Shown here one piece after another: positions 21,668 to 31,232 of a stretch of DNA of 64,000 nucleotides (position 1 is its first letter; each line of letters starts with the position of its first letter). The stretch is from an uncultured Actinomycetota bacterium (GTDB lineage: Bacteria; Actinomycetota; Actinomycetes; Mycobacteriales; Mycobacteriaceae): NCBI GenBank assembly GCA_963741555.1, contig CAVUIH010000009.1:10200-74199 (forward strand). Reading direction: 5' to 3'. A model generated the notes under the pieces. That model was not told the origin of the DNA, did not search any database, and saw nothing but the letters and a program-made list of their open reading frames with translations. Made by a program: the position numbers and the translations under genes.

Positions 21668-22879
21668 CTAGGCGGCGGATTTCTCCAGGATGTGCACGCC
21701 GCACGCCGACCCCAGACCGATCACATGGGCCAGACCGACTTTGGCGTTTGCGATCTGCCGGTCGCCGGCTTCGCCGCGGAGGTGATGGCAGATCTCCCAG
21801 ATGTTCGCGATACCGGTCGCCGCGATGGGATGCCCCTTGGATTCCAGGCCGCCTGAGACGTTGACCGGGATCGAGCCGTCGCGCCACGTCGCACCGGAGT
21901 TGAAAAAGTCCGCGGCGCCGCCCTTTTCGCACAGCATCAGGTTGTCGTAGTGCACCAGCTCAGCGGTGGCGAAGCAGTCGTGCAGCTCGACCAGGTCAAG
22001 GTCGCCCGGGCCGATCCCGGCCTGCTCGTAGGCGGTCGCGGCGGCGTTGCGGGTCAGCGTGTTGACGTTCGGCAGCACCTGACAACCGGCCTCGTAGGGA
22101 TCGGTGGTCAACACCGACGCCGACACTTTGACCGCGCGTCGCCGTTGCTCCAGCGACAGCGACTTCAATGTCTCGCCATTGCACACCACCGCGGCAGCGG
22201 CGCCGTCGCAGTTGGCCGAACACATCGGCCGAGTGTTCGGGTAGGCGATCATGACGTCGTTCATGATCTGCTCGAGGGTGAACTTCTTCTGATAGGCGGC
22301 CAGCGGGTTCAGTGTCGAATGGGCGTGGTTCTTCTCGCTGATCTTGGCGAACAGCTCGAAACTCGTACCGCCGTATTTGTGTCCGTATTCAGTGCCGATT
22401 TGTGCGAACACTCCCGGCATGGCCTCGGTGCCGATGCGTCCGTCGATCGGCGCGACGGCGCCGTAACGACCTTTGGGCTCCCAGACGTCGGCGTCATCCT
22501 TTTTCTTTCCGCCACCGCCAAGCAAACCGGCGCCGGACAGCTTTTCCACGCCGACCGCCAATCCGTATTTCACCTCGCCGGCCTTGACGGCCATGATCGC
22601 GGTGCGCAGTGCGGTCGCGCCGGTGGCGCACGCATTGGCCACGTTGTACACCGGGATGCCGGTCTGGCCGATCTGCTTTTGCAACTGCTGACCGATGCCG
22701 GCGTTCGCGGCCATCAAGTTCCCGGCCGCGATCACCCCGATATCGGCCATCGTCACACCCGCGTCGGCGAGCGCGCTGGTCGCTGCTTCGGCCGCCAGAT
22801 CGACAGTGTCTTTATCCGCGTGCTTGCCGAATTTGGTCATCCGGATTCCAACGATCCAGATCTCGTCGCTCGCGCTCAT
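21668..22879 (-). CDS. Thiolase family protein (SCP-x/lipid-transfer type)
   Basis: NACATG, ELHDCF, NVSGGLESKGHPIAATG. Confidence 0.9.
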   Translation of the reverse strand: MSASDEIWIVGIRMTKFGKHADKDTVDLAAEAATSALADAGVTMADIGVIAAGNLMAANAGIGQQLQKQIGQTGIPVYNVANACATGATALRTAIMAVKAGEVKYGLAVGVEKLSGAGLLGGGGKKKDDADVWEPKGRYGAVAPIDGRIGTEAMPGVFAQIGTEYGHKYGGTSFELFAKISEKNHAHSTLNPLAAYQKKFTLEQIMNDVMIAYPNTRPMCSANCDGAAAAVVCNGETLKSLSLEQRRRAVKVSASVLTTDPYEAGCQVLPNVNTLTRNAAATAYEQAGIGPGDLDLVELHDCFATAELVHYDNLMLCEKGGAADFFNSGATWRDGSIPVNVSGGLESKGHPIAATGIANIWEICHHLRGEAGDRQIANAKVGLAHVIGLGSACGVHILEKSAA

Positions 22880-22910
22880 CGTCGCTTCTCCTTTATTAAT
22901 AGGTCGGTGG

Positions 22911-23309
22911 TCAGATCGCGGGCTCGAAGCCGAAACCGATCGCCTCGGTGCCCGCCGAATCGGCGCCGATCGGGAAGGTCGCCAGCCGGACCTTCATCCC
23001 GTCGTGAACATGGTCGGGGTCAGGCTCGACATTGACCAGATTGGCGCGCACCTGGGTGCCGTCGCAGTCGACCACCGAGGCGACGAATGGGGTGGGGATG
23101 CCGGGTGCGGCGAAAGTGACAATTGTGAACGCCCGCACCGTGCCCTCGGTCGGCACTGAAACCGTGGTGAATTCGGAAGCAAAGCACGATGCGCAGGCAT
23201 TGCGCCGATCAAAGAATCGGGCGCCACAGTTCACACATTCCTGTGCTCGCAGATGCGGGTTGCCGTCATCGAGTACCAGGTAATCGACCAGTGGGATCTG
23301 CCCGCCCAT
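22911..23309 (-). CDS. Zn-ribbon + OB-fold (DUF35/ChsH2-like) thiolase partner
   Basis: CVNCG...CASC, GTVRAFTIV, GMKVR; directly upstream of the thiolase. Confidence 0.88.
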   Translation of the reverse strand: MGGQIPLVDYLVLDDGNPHLRAQECVNCGARFFDRRNACASCFASEFTTVSVPTEGTVRAFTIVTFAAPGIPTPFVASVVDCDGTQVRANLVNVEPDPDHVHDGMKVRLATFPIGADSAGTEAIGFGFEPAI

Positions 23310-23479
23310 CAAGACCTCCGTTGTTTGGATACTGTCGACCGTAGCGATTCCGGCAGCGTCACAAAGCCGAATATCAAGATCGGGCTAACACGCGAGTCTT
23401 CCGCAGCGACAACCGATGTGCGTAAGCTCGCCCGCAAGCTTTGGTTAAGTACACACGACGATTCTTAGGTCGATTATTT

Positions 23480-25141
23480 ATGCAGGACAGGTCCTCGGTA
23501 CGGGTTGAAACCGACCACGAATCACTATGGACCTACGTCGCCTGTCCCACTCTCGTAGTTGATCAGACCGGAGTCGTTCAAGCGCTGAGCGCGTCGGCCC
23601 AGTCGTTGATCCCCGAAGCGGCGCCGGGAATTCGCCTCGATGTCGCCGTTGGGTGGCTGTCGCCGGTACACATTCGGCTCGTAGAACATTCGGCAACGCA
23701 TGACAACCGGGAGTCGTTCAACGCGTCCGGGCCGGTGGGTGGGCGGAGGTTCGACGCTCACCACGCCATGCTGCCCGGCGGCGAAGTCGCCTGGTCGCTG
23801 GTCGAAGACACCGGCCAGGTGTTACGCGACGCTCAGCAAGCGCTGACCCGGGAGCACGAACGCGCAGCATTCCTGCTCGAAGCGTCGTCTGTGTTGATGG
23901 CATCGCTGAACATCGACCGCTGCAGGGAAGCGACAGTGCAACTCGCGGCCCGGGATCTCGCCGACGCGGCGGTCGTCGTCGCTCCGGCGGGACGTGGCCG
24001 GCGGATGCCGGTCTTCTACTGCGACGCATCGGGTGTTGTCGAGCAGCGCAGTGTCGACGCCGACCCGGCATCGGTGTCGGGTCTGAGCGAGGCGCTGCGG
24101 GGATTCCCACCGGTTCCCTCGCGCTGGATCGACGCCGCGACGCTGCCGGCGTGGCTGATTCCGCAGGGTTTCCAGGGCCCGGTCGGCTCGGTCATGATCA
24201 CTCCCCTGCCTGGCCACGGCGTATCAGCGGGTGCGCTGGTGTTGTTGCGGCACGCTGAGGAAGGTGTATTCAGCGAGGGCGAAGAGGTGCTGGCGCATTT
24301 GTTCGCAGCGCGGGCCGGTGCGGCGTTGTCGGCCGCACGGCTCTACGCCGAGCAGGCGGCGATCACCCGCACGCTGATGCGTGACCTGCTGCCTCCCCAA
24401 CTACACCCGGTGCACGGGATCGAGTACGCAGGCGGCTACCGGGCCTCCGAAGACTATGAAGTGGTCGGCGGCGACTTCTACGACGTCCACCCCGCGGCCA
24501 CTCCCGATGGCGAGACACTGATTGTCCTCGGGGATGTCTGCGGTAAGGGCCTCGAAGCCGCGATGCTGACCGGCAAAATCCGGAACACCCTGCAGGCGTT
24601 GACGCCGATGGCCGCCGACCACCAGGCCGTCCTCGAGTTGCTCAACGGCGCGCTGCTGTCGACCGAGCACGCCCGCTTCACCACTTTGGTGCTGGCATCG
24701 GCCGCCAACCGGGATGGCGGGGTGGCCTTGCGGTTGACCAGCGCAGGTCACGTGCCGCCGCTGATTGTGCGCGACGGTGGACGCGTCGAGCAGGCCCAGA
24801 CGGCGGGCACGCTGATCGGCGCGTTGCCGAGCATCGAGACCCAATCGTTCGAGACGTCCCTGGCGCCCGGTGAGACGTGCGTGCTGTACACCGACGGCGT
24901 CACCGAAGCACGCGGCGGCCCGCTGGGCAGTTACATGTTCGGCGAGGAGCGGCTGGCAGCCGTGCTGGCCGAGTGTGCCGGAATGCCCGCCACCGCAGTG
25001 GTCGAACGCGTCATGATGCTCGCCACGCAGTGGATCGGCCAGCAGGTGCACGACGACATCGCCGTCGTCGCGATCACCGCCCCCCGCCGCACTCACCTGA
25101 GCGCTGTCGACGGCCACACCCGGGGAAGGTTCACGGCTTGA
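23480..25141 (+). CDS. GAF + PP2C/SpoIIE (RsbU-like) phosphatase
   Basis: VGGDFYDV, GDVCGKG, SAGHVPP, LYTDGVTEA, HDDIAVVAI. Confidence 0.92.
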   Translation: MQDRSSVRVETDHESLWTYVACPTLVVDQTGVVQALSASAQSLIPEAAPGIRLDVAVGWLSPVHIRLVEHSATHDNRESFNASGPVGGRRFDAHHAMLPGGEVAWSLVEDTGQVLRDAQQALTREHERAAFLLEASSVLMASLNIDRCREATVQLAARDLADAAVVVAPAGRGRRMPVFYCDASGVVEQRSVDADPASVSGLSEALRGFPPVPSRWIDAATLPAWLIPQGFQGPVGSVMITPLPGHGVSAGALVLLRHAEEGVFSEGEEVLAHLFAARAGAALSAARLYAEQAAITRTLMRDLLPPQLHPVHGIEYAGGYRASEDYEVVGGDFYDVHPAATPDGETLIVLGDVCGKGLEAAMLTGKIRNTLQALTPMAADHQAVLELLNGALLSTEHARFTTLVLASAANRDGGVALRLTSAGHVPPLIVRDGGRVEQAQTAGTLIGALPSIETQSFETSLAPGETCVLYTDGVTEARGGPLGSYMFGEERLAAVLAECAGMPATAVVERVMMLATQWIGQQVHDDIAVVAITAPRRTHLSAVDGHTRGRFTA

Positions 25142-25189
25142 GCTCTCACGACGTCGACTCCGCTGCCGCGGCGTGCCGGCGGCAACCCT

Positions 25190-25215
25190 GTTTCCGGCGC
25201 TCGAACCTTTGGGTA
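25190..25215 (+). promoter_or_regulatory. Putative SigF promoter upstream of STAS gene
   Basis: GTTT-N17-GGGTA. Confidence 0.6.
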
Positions 25216-25315
25216 AACAACTGCATGAGTTTCCCCGCAGCCAGCGACTCCTCGACGCTGCAACATCCGCCCTCGCCGGCGAAAAGAGGCCGGCGACCGA
25301 CCCCCGGTTGAGTAC

Positions 25316-25699
25316 ATGAACTTCTCGATGACGATCACCACGAAGCCGCGATCGGCCCGCATGCGGATCGCCGGTGACTTGGACTACGAAACTGTCGATG
25401 AACTCGTCGACGCTGCGTCGCAGGTGCTTGCCCAACAGGCCGACCTGGCGGACCTGCACCTCGACTTCAGCGAGTTGACCTTCCTCGATTCCGCGGCCCT
25501 GTCGGGCCTGCTTCTCATCCACCGCCGTACTTCACATTCCGGCGTCGAGCTTCATCTCGACCACCGCCCGCCCTTTCTCGACCGCGTCCTGCAGGTGACC
25601 GGGCTGTTCGGGCACTTCGTCTTGTCTGACGCTGACGTGGCAGCCAACGATTCGGCCCTGTTAGGCCAGGTCACCTCCGGTGAGACAGGCGTTCGGTAA
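25316..25699 (+). CDS. STAS-domain anti-sigma factor antagonist
   Basis: GDLDYET, LDFSELTFLDSAALSGL (phospho-Ser motif), RVLQVTGL. Confidence 0.9.
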   Translation: MNFSMTITTKPRSARMRIAGDLDYETVDELVDAASQVLAQQADLADLHLDFSELTFLDSAALSGLLLIHRRTSHSGVELHLDHRPPFLDRVLQVTGLFGHFVLSDADVAANDSALLGQVTSGETGVR

Positions 25700-25863
25700 G
25701 TTCAATACCGAACTAGTACAGGCAATCTCGGGCTTGCATCTGTTTCGGCCGTAGCCGAACCGTGACAGATGCTTTACCGAAATGCCTTCGCGCCCTTGGC
25801 GTCCAACATTCCGGACACCCCTAAGATCCCTATTGCAGTCTTGTCCACTAGAAGGAACTTGGT

Positions 25864-26664
25864 ATGCGAGCGGTCTCTCGGTCTGTTCTCGCGGCGGTAG
25901 GCGTAGCCGCGTCCTTCGTCGTCGATCCAACCGGGGTGAGCAGTGCCGCGACGAGCCCGTCGCTGACGTCCGAGATCGCCTCGATTCAACCGAGATCCGA
26001 TCAAGTGGTGGGTGTGGCACACCCCGTGGTCGTCAACTTCCGTACGCCCATCGCCAACCGGCATGCCGCCGAGCAGGCGTTGAGAATCAAAGCCACACCG
26101 CCGATGACCGGTAAGTTCGAATGGCTCGATAACACCGTCGTGCAATGGGTTCCGGACCGGTACTGGCCGGCACACAGCACCATTGCGCTGTCGGTGGGTG
26201 GCATGTCGACAGACCTCAAGACAGGTCCGGCCGTCCTCGGCGTCGCGGACATCTCCGATCACACGTTCACCGTGAGCGTCGACGGAGTCCACGCGGGACC
26301 GCCGCGGCCCGCCCCGCACCACCAAGCCCACTTGGGCGAGGACGGGGTGATGCCGGCGTCGATGGGCCGACCGGAGTTTCCGACACCTGTCGGTGTCTAC
26401 ACGGTGATGTCCAAAGACCGCTCACTGATTATGGATTCAAGCACCGTCGGTGTTCCGATCACCGATCCGGCGGGTTACCGGGTCCCGGTCGATTACGCCA
26501 CCCGCATCACCAGCCGGGGCCTGTTCGTGCATTCGGCGCCGTGGGCGGTCAATGCGCTGGGCCACGAGAACGTCAGCCATGGCTGCATCAGCCTGAGCCC
26601 GGCAGACGCCGAGTGGTACTTCAACAACGTCAACATCGGCGACCCGGTGGTCGTCAAGGAATAG
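25864..26664 (+). CDS. L,D-transpeptidase (LdtA-like; Ig + YkuD domains)
   Basis: Signal peptide, VVGVAHPVVV, FVHSAPW...SHGCISL. Confidence 0.93.
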   Translation: MRAVSRSVLAAVGVAASFVVDPTGVSSAATSPSLTSEIASIQPRSDQVVGVAHPVVVNFRTPIANRHAAEQALRIKATPPMTGKFEWLDNTVVQWVPDRYWPAHSTIALSVGGMSTDLKTGPAVLGVADISDHTFTVSVDGVHAGPPRPAPHHQAHLGEDGVMPASMGRPEFPTPVGVYTVMSKDRSLIMDSSTVGVPITDPAGYRVPVDYATRITSRGLFVHSAPWAVNALGHENVSHGCISLSPADAEWYFNNVNIGDPVVVKE

Positions 26665-26707
26665 CCTCGGCGATCGCTGATGCTGTTGTCGCACAATTAC
26701 TTACATA

Positions 26708-26746
26708 ATAAAAGGCGCCCCGACATTTCGTCGGGGCGCCTTTTAT
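26708..26746. terminator. Bidirectional intrinsic terminator
   Basis: Perfect 17 bp inverted repeat ATAAAAGGCGCCCCGAC-atttc-GTCGGGGCGCCTTTTAT between convergent genes. Confidence 0.92.
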
Positions 26747-26761
26747 CGTGCGAAGCGGCTC

Positions 26762-27325
26762 TTACCCCGTCGGACCGGGCGTAATAGGCTGACCCGGCTG
26801 AGGGCCGTCGGCCGACGCCGTACCCACCGGCGCACCCTTACCTCCCGCGGCGCCAGCCGAGTCCGTGATCACCGCACCCGGAGGGCCGGCAGGTGCTCCC
26901 CCAAGTGCAATCAGCGGTGCACCGGCCGGCACCACCGGAGCGCCCACGGGCGCGCCTGCCGGCACGGGAGCGCCCAGCGGAAGCGGTGCAGGGGGAGGGG
27001 CCCCGCCGGGAACGGGAACGGTGCACCGGCGGGAACCGGCGCAGCGACTGGCGCACCGGCCATGTCAGCGATCGGTGCACCCGCGGGCCCAGCTGCAGCA
27101 CACGCTGCAGCGGCTCCGGAGCACCGGCGGCGCCAGACCACCGGCACCTGCCGCGCCGCCGGCTGCCGGCGCACCCGCACCGACCTCGCCGGCCGCGCCC
27201 TGGATGCAGGCGTAACCACCCGTTTTCAACGGAGCGGCGGCCGCATCAGGACTCAAAGCGATTGCGGCACCGCATAATCCGACGCCGGCAACCACTCTGA
27301 TGTTGAATCGATCGAAGGTTGCCAT
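26762..27325 (-). CDS. Secreted Ala/Pro/Gly-rich protein; at least two frameshifts
   Basis: AAGGAG + ATG, signal peptide (VVAGVGLCGAAIALSPDAAA), pieces in 27065..27508, 26911..27219, 26762..26965. Confidence 0.7.
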
Positions 27326-27597
27326 CGACGTCAACTCCTTTGTCCAGACTCGGGTATCTCCCGGAGTATCCACTCGACGCGGCTGACGAACACAGCCGCA
27401 CCGAAGTCGTGTTTGGACGACCGAATCAGTTCTAATAGACCAATGTTCAACATGCACCACGCCGCACCGCACTGTTTCCAAATAGAGACGTTTGACCATC
27501 CGCCGCATCAGGGTGGCGGCCGAACACAGTTACAGCGCTTGCTGTTTGGTGTTATCGAATCGAAACCTTCGGCGTACCAACGAAAACCAGATGCCGC

Positions 27598-28272
27598 TCA
27601 GCGGACGTAGACTTCTCCGCCGGTGGGATATCCCCCGCCGTGGGTGGTGATGTGCACATGGTCGTAGTGGCCGTAGCCGGATCCTGACGGTCCGCTCGGC
27701 GTGTAATAGGTGCCACGCCAAATCACGTCTTGCAACGCAAAGCGGTCGGCGTTCTTGAACGCGAACCTGACGATCTCGTTGCCGAGCGCGATGCCCGCCG
27801 CGCTGGACGGGTTGGGAATCATGATGTCGATCGCCAATCCACGCGGATGCCACGGGAGCGCATCAGGTCGGACGCCGCCGATGTTCGTGATCTCCGGGAA
27901 GGCGGCGCTGACGGCGCGGGCAGCCAGGACTGTCTTGACCTGTAAGCCCCGTTCGTTGGCGACTCCGACAGGCAGCATGCGCGGGGCGGCGTTGAGGGCC
28001 ACCCGCCATCGCGCTGCGCGCGACGCCGGCGCCGTCTCGGCCGCAGGTTTTGGCTGCACGGCGAATGCCGCCCACGAGGACGTCATCGGTGCGGTGGCCG
28101 TGACCTCCACGCAGCACGCCGGCTGGGCGCCAGCAACGGACTCCGTGACGCGATGAGCCCCCAGTGCTTGAGCGCTTCCACCAAGGGCAAAGATCGCGAG
28201 GGTCGGGGCGACGACGACAGCCTTCAGTACCGGCGACTTCGGCCGAGTGCTGGCTAACTCATGGCGACCCAC
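27598..28272 (-). CDS. Exported protein, Rv0320 orthologue, putative Zn peptidase/peptidoglycan hydrolase fold
   Basis: MGRHEL start, GGVRPDALPWHPRGLAIDIM, HYDHVHI (H-x6-D...HxH). Confidence 0.82.
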   Translation of the reverse strand: MGRHELASTRPKSPVLKAVVVAPTLAIFALGGSAQALGAHRVTESVAGAQPACCVEVTATAPMTSSWAAFAVQPKPAAETAPASRAARWRVALNAAPRMLPVGVANERGLQVKTVLAARAVSAAFPEITNIGGVRPDALPWHPRGLAIDIMIPNPSSAAGIALGNEIVRFAFKNADRFALQDVIWRGTYYTPSGPSGSGYGHYDHVHITTHGGGYPTGGEVYVR

Positions 28273-28353
28273 GGCAAGCAGCTTACGAGCAAATCAAGAA
28301 ATAGTCACGATCAGATAACAACGCGCAGGTGAGCGCTGGCCGCAACCCAGCTT

Positions 28354-28983
28354 TTACAGCGGCCAGCTGTCTGTTTCCGGCGCAAAACGGAGCATGGGCG
28401 CCGGGGGCAATGGCCGTCGATCCTTGGCGGATATCGCGTCCAGCATGAGGGCCACATAGCGGCGCCAACCGTCGCTGCCAGGATCCATCGTCCACAACAC
28501 ACTGTGCAGCATGGCGATCAGCCGCGGCAGGTCCGCAGGCACCAGGTCGGGCCGGACCACCCCGGCTTGCTGGCCGCGCTGCGCGAGCTCGGTGAGCGCC
28601 TCGTAGAGAGCAGTCGAGATGTCCGGGGTCAGCGACCCGGCCCTGCGTGCGGCGGTCAACAGGTTGCGCTCCCGCGCGCCCAGCGAGATCGCCGCGTCGA
28701 CCAGCTCCGCGAGACCGAGCAGCGGGTCAGCGGCGTCGCGGACAGCCTCGATCGTCGGCGTCAGGTCCTCGGCGATGCATTGTTCCAGCGCGGCCCGGAT
28801 CAGCTCGGCCTTGGTGGGAAATCTCCGGTAGAGCGTTCGCTCACCGACGCCGGCCTGCCGGGCGATCGCCTCGATGGCAGCCTCGGGACCGATCTCGCCG
28901 TAGATCTGGCGTGCTGCCCGCAGGATCCGCTCGGCGTTTCGCGCGGCATCGGCCCGCAATGGACGGTCGGTCACCGCGGTCAT
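28354..28983 (-). CDS. TetR family regulator
   Basis: LRADAARNAERIL, IARQAGVGERTLYRRFPTK. Confidence 0.93.
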   Translation of the reverse strand: MTAVTDRPLRADAARNAERILRAARQIYGEIGPEAAIEAIARQAGVGERTLYRRFPTKAELIRAALEQCIAEDLTPTIEAVRDAADPLLGLAELVDAAISLGARERNLLTAARRAGSLTPDISTALYEALTELAQRGQQAGVVRPDLVPADLPRLIAMLHSVLWTMDPGSDGWRRYVALMLDAISAKDRRPLPPAPMLRFAPETDSWPL

Positions 28984-28994
28984 CGCACCAGCGT

Positions 28995-29059
28995 AACTGA
29001 CAGTTGACTGCTACTTAGCCGAGTTCTACGCTCGGACAAGTGGCAGCTAACTGGCACTT
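28995..29059. promoter_or_regulatory. Two 22 bp palindromic operator-like sites between tetR and cyp
   Basis: AACTGACAGTTGACTGCTACTT (28995-29016) and AAGTGGCAGCTAACTGGCACTT (29038-29059). Confidence 0.7.
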
Positions 29060-29076
29060 AAGCGTAAAGGTGGCTG

Positions 29077-30264
29077 ATGTCAACAACTTCCGATTTGCCC
29101 GTGATCCCGATGCAGCGTGCCGCACGGTGTCCGCTCGCACCACCGACCGAATTCGCGGACTGGCGGCAAGAGCACGGCCTTCAGCGGGCCATGTGGAACG
29201 GCCAACAGGTGTGGTCGGTGAGCCGCTACCAGGACATCAGGGCCGCTCTGGTCGATCCGCGGCTGTCGGCGAAAACACTGCCGGAGCTGTTCGGTGAGTC
29301 GAGCGAGGCACCGGTGATTTTCGCGCGCATCGACGATCCCGAGCATCACCGGTTACGGCGCATGATGACCAGCCAATTCACCTTCCGACGCACCGAGGCA
29401 ATGCGGCCGCAGATCCAAGACCTTGTCGACAAATACCTGGACGCGATGATCGACAAGGGGCCGCCTGCCGACATCGTTCGCGACTTCGGCTTGCCGGTGC
29501 CGTCGCTGGTGATCGCGCTGTTGCTGGGCGTCCCTCCCGAAGATCTCGATCTTTTTCATAACAACACCGCCGCCGGATTGGACGTGAACTCCACCGACGA
29601 GGAAAGAGCGACGGGGTTCATCGAGATGTACTCCTACATCCAGGAGCTGGTAGCACGTAAGCAGCGCGACCCAGGCGACGATCTGATCAGCCGTCTCATC
29701 ACCGACTACGTCGCGACCGGCCAACTCGACTACAACACCGTCGCCGTCAACGCCGTGATCATGATGCAGGCCGGCCACGAAACCACCGCCAACATGATCT
29801 CGTTGGGCACCGTTGCGCTGCTCGAACATCCGGAAGTTTACGAGCGTCTCGGTCAGACCGACGATCCCGCCGTCATCGCCAACGCCGTCGAGGAGCTCAT
29901 GCGTTATCTCTCCATCGTGCATGCCCAGGTGGACCGGATCGCAACCGAAGACCTTATTCTCGGCGGCCAGCAGATCCGCGCAGGCGACAGATTGTTGATG
30001 AACCTGCCGGCCGGAAACTGGGACAGCGAGTTCGTCGACAGCCCAGAGACATTGGACATCGCCCGAAACACCCGCGGGCATGTCGCTTTCGGCTACGGAA
30101 CCCACCAGTGCATCGGCGCCAACCTGGCGCGTGTCGAAATGCAGGTGGCGTTCGCCACGCTGGCACGCCGGCTGCCGGGCTTGCAACTGGCGGTGCCGGC
30201 GGACGAGTTGAAGTTCAAAGACGCCGACATCTACGGCATGAAAGAGTTGCCGGTGACCTGGTGA
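29077..30264 (+). CDS. Cytochrome P450 (CYP105-like)
   Basis: AGHETT, EELMR, FGYGTHQCIG. Confidence 0.95.
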   Translation: MSTTSDLPVIPMQRAARCPLAPPTEFADWRQEHGLQRAMWNGQQVWSVSRYQDIRAALVDPRLSAKTLPELFGESSEAPVIFARIDDPEHHRLRRMMTSQFTFRRTEAMRPQIQDLVDKYLDAMIDKGPPADIVRDFGLPVPSLVIALLLGVPPEDLDLFHNNTAAGLDVNSTDEERATGFIEMYSYIQELVARKQRDPGDDLISRLITDYVATGQLDYNTVAVNAVIMMQAGHETTANMISLGTVALLEHPEVYERLGQTDDPAVIANAVEELMRYLSIVHAQVDRIATEDLILGGQQIRAGDRLLMNLPAGNWDSEFVDSPETLDIARNTRGHVAFGYGTHQCIGANLARVEMQVAFATLARRLPGLQLAVPADELKFKDADIYGMKELPVTW

Positions 30265-31229
30265 CAAACGATATGCGGTTCGACGATCAGGTCGCGGTGA
30301 TCACCGGCGCCGGTAATGGTTTGGGCAAGCAGTATGCGCTGTTGCTCGCGTCGCGCGGGGCACGCGTGCTGGTCAACGACATCGGCGGCTCGGTCACCGG
30401 GGCGGGTTCCAGCGCCGACGCGGCTACCGCCGCCGCCGACGAGATTCGCGGGCGCGGCGGCGAGGCCATCCCCGACACCAACAGCGTGACCAGTCCCGAA
30501 GGCGGACAGGCGATTATCGACGCCGCTGTGCACGCCTGGGGACGCGTCGACATCGTGATCAACAACGCAGGCATCGTCCGCGACGCGCCGTTCGAAGAGA
30601 TCACCGCCGACCGACTCGACCCGTTGGTGGACGTCCATCTCAAAGGTGCGTTCCACGTCGCGCGACCCGCCTGGAAGGTCATGCGCGAGCAGCGCTACGG
30701 GCGAATCCTCAACACCTGCTCGGCGGCGGGACTGCTTGGCGCCGAACGGATGAGCAATTACGGCGCGGCCAAGACCGGGTTGATCGGCTTGACCCGGGTT
30801 CTGGCCGCCGAGGGCGCCGATGCCAACATCAAGGTCAACGCGATCGCGCCGATCGCTTACACCCGGATGCTGGCGCATTCGGTCGAGAGTGCCGGCCAGC
30901 AGGACGACCCCTCAGCACAGGCCGTGCTGGATGACCTTGTGGCGCAATATCTTCAGAAGCTGGACCCTGCGCTTGTCGCTCCGGTCGCGGCGTTCCTGAC
31001 GCACCGGGACTGTCCGGTGTCCGGCGAGATCTACACCGTCGGCGCCGGGCACGTCGCCCGGTTCTTCATCGGCCGCACGAAAGGCTTCTACAGCCCCGCG
31101 CTATCCGTCGAACAAGTCCGTGACCATCTCGACGAGATCCGCGACGAGGCGGATTACACAGTTCCGGGCGGGCCGGCCGACGAGATGGCCGCACTGTTCG
31201 CGACGATCATGGCCGACCAGACCGGCTGA
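30261..31229 (+). CDS. SDR oxidoreductase (MFE-2 / hydroxyacyl-CoA dehydrogenase-like)
   Basis: TGAGNGLG, NNAGIVRD, YGAAK; GTGA overlap with P450 stop. Confidence 0.9.
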   Translation: MTNDMRFDDQVAVITGAGNGLGKQYALLLASRGARVLVNDIGGSVTGAGSSADAATAAADEIRGRGGEAIPDTNSVTSPEGGQAIIDAAVHAWGRVDIVINNAGIVRDAPFEEITADRLDPLVDVHLKGAFHVARPAWKVMREQRYGRILNTCSAAGLLGAERMSNYGAAKTGLIGLTRVLAAEGADANIKVNAIAPIAYTRMLAHSVESAGQQDDPSAQAVLDDLVAQYLQKLDPALVAPVAAFLTHRDCPVSGEIYTVGAGHVARFFIGRTKGFYSPALSVEQVRDHLDEIRDEADYTVPGGPADEMAALFATIMADQTG

Positions 31230-31232
31230 CGG

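Noticed and set aside
26762-27325. Glycoside hydrolase (beta-xylosidase) label that I recall being attached to this family
   Set aside because: Short low-complexity sequence with no catalytic domain
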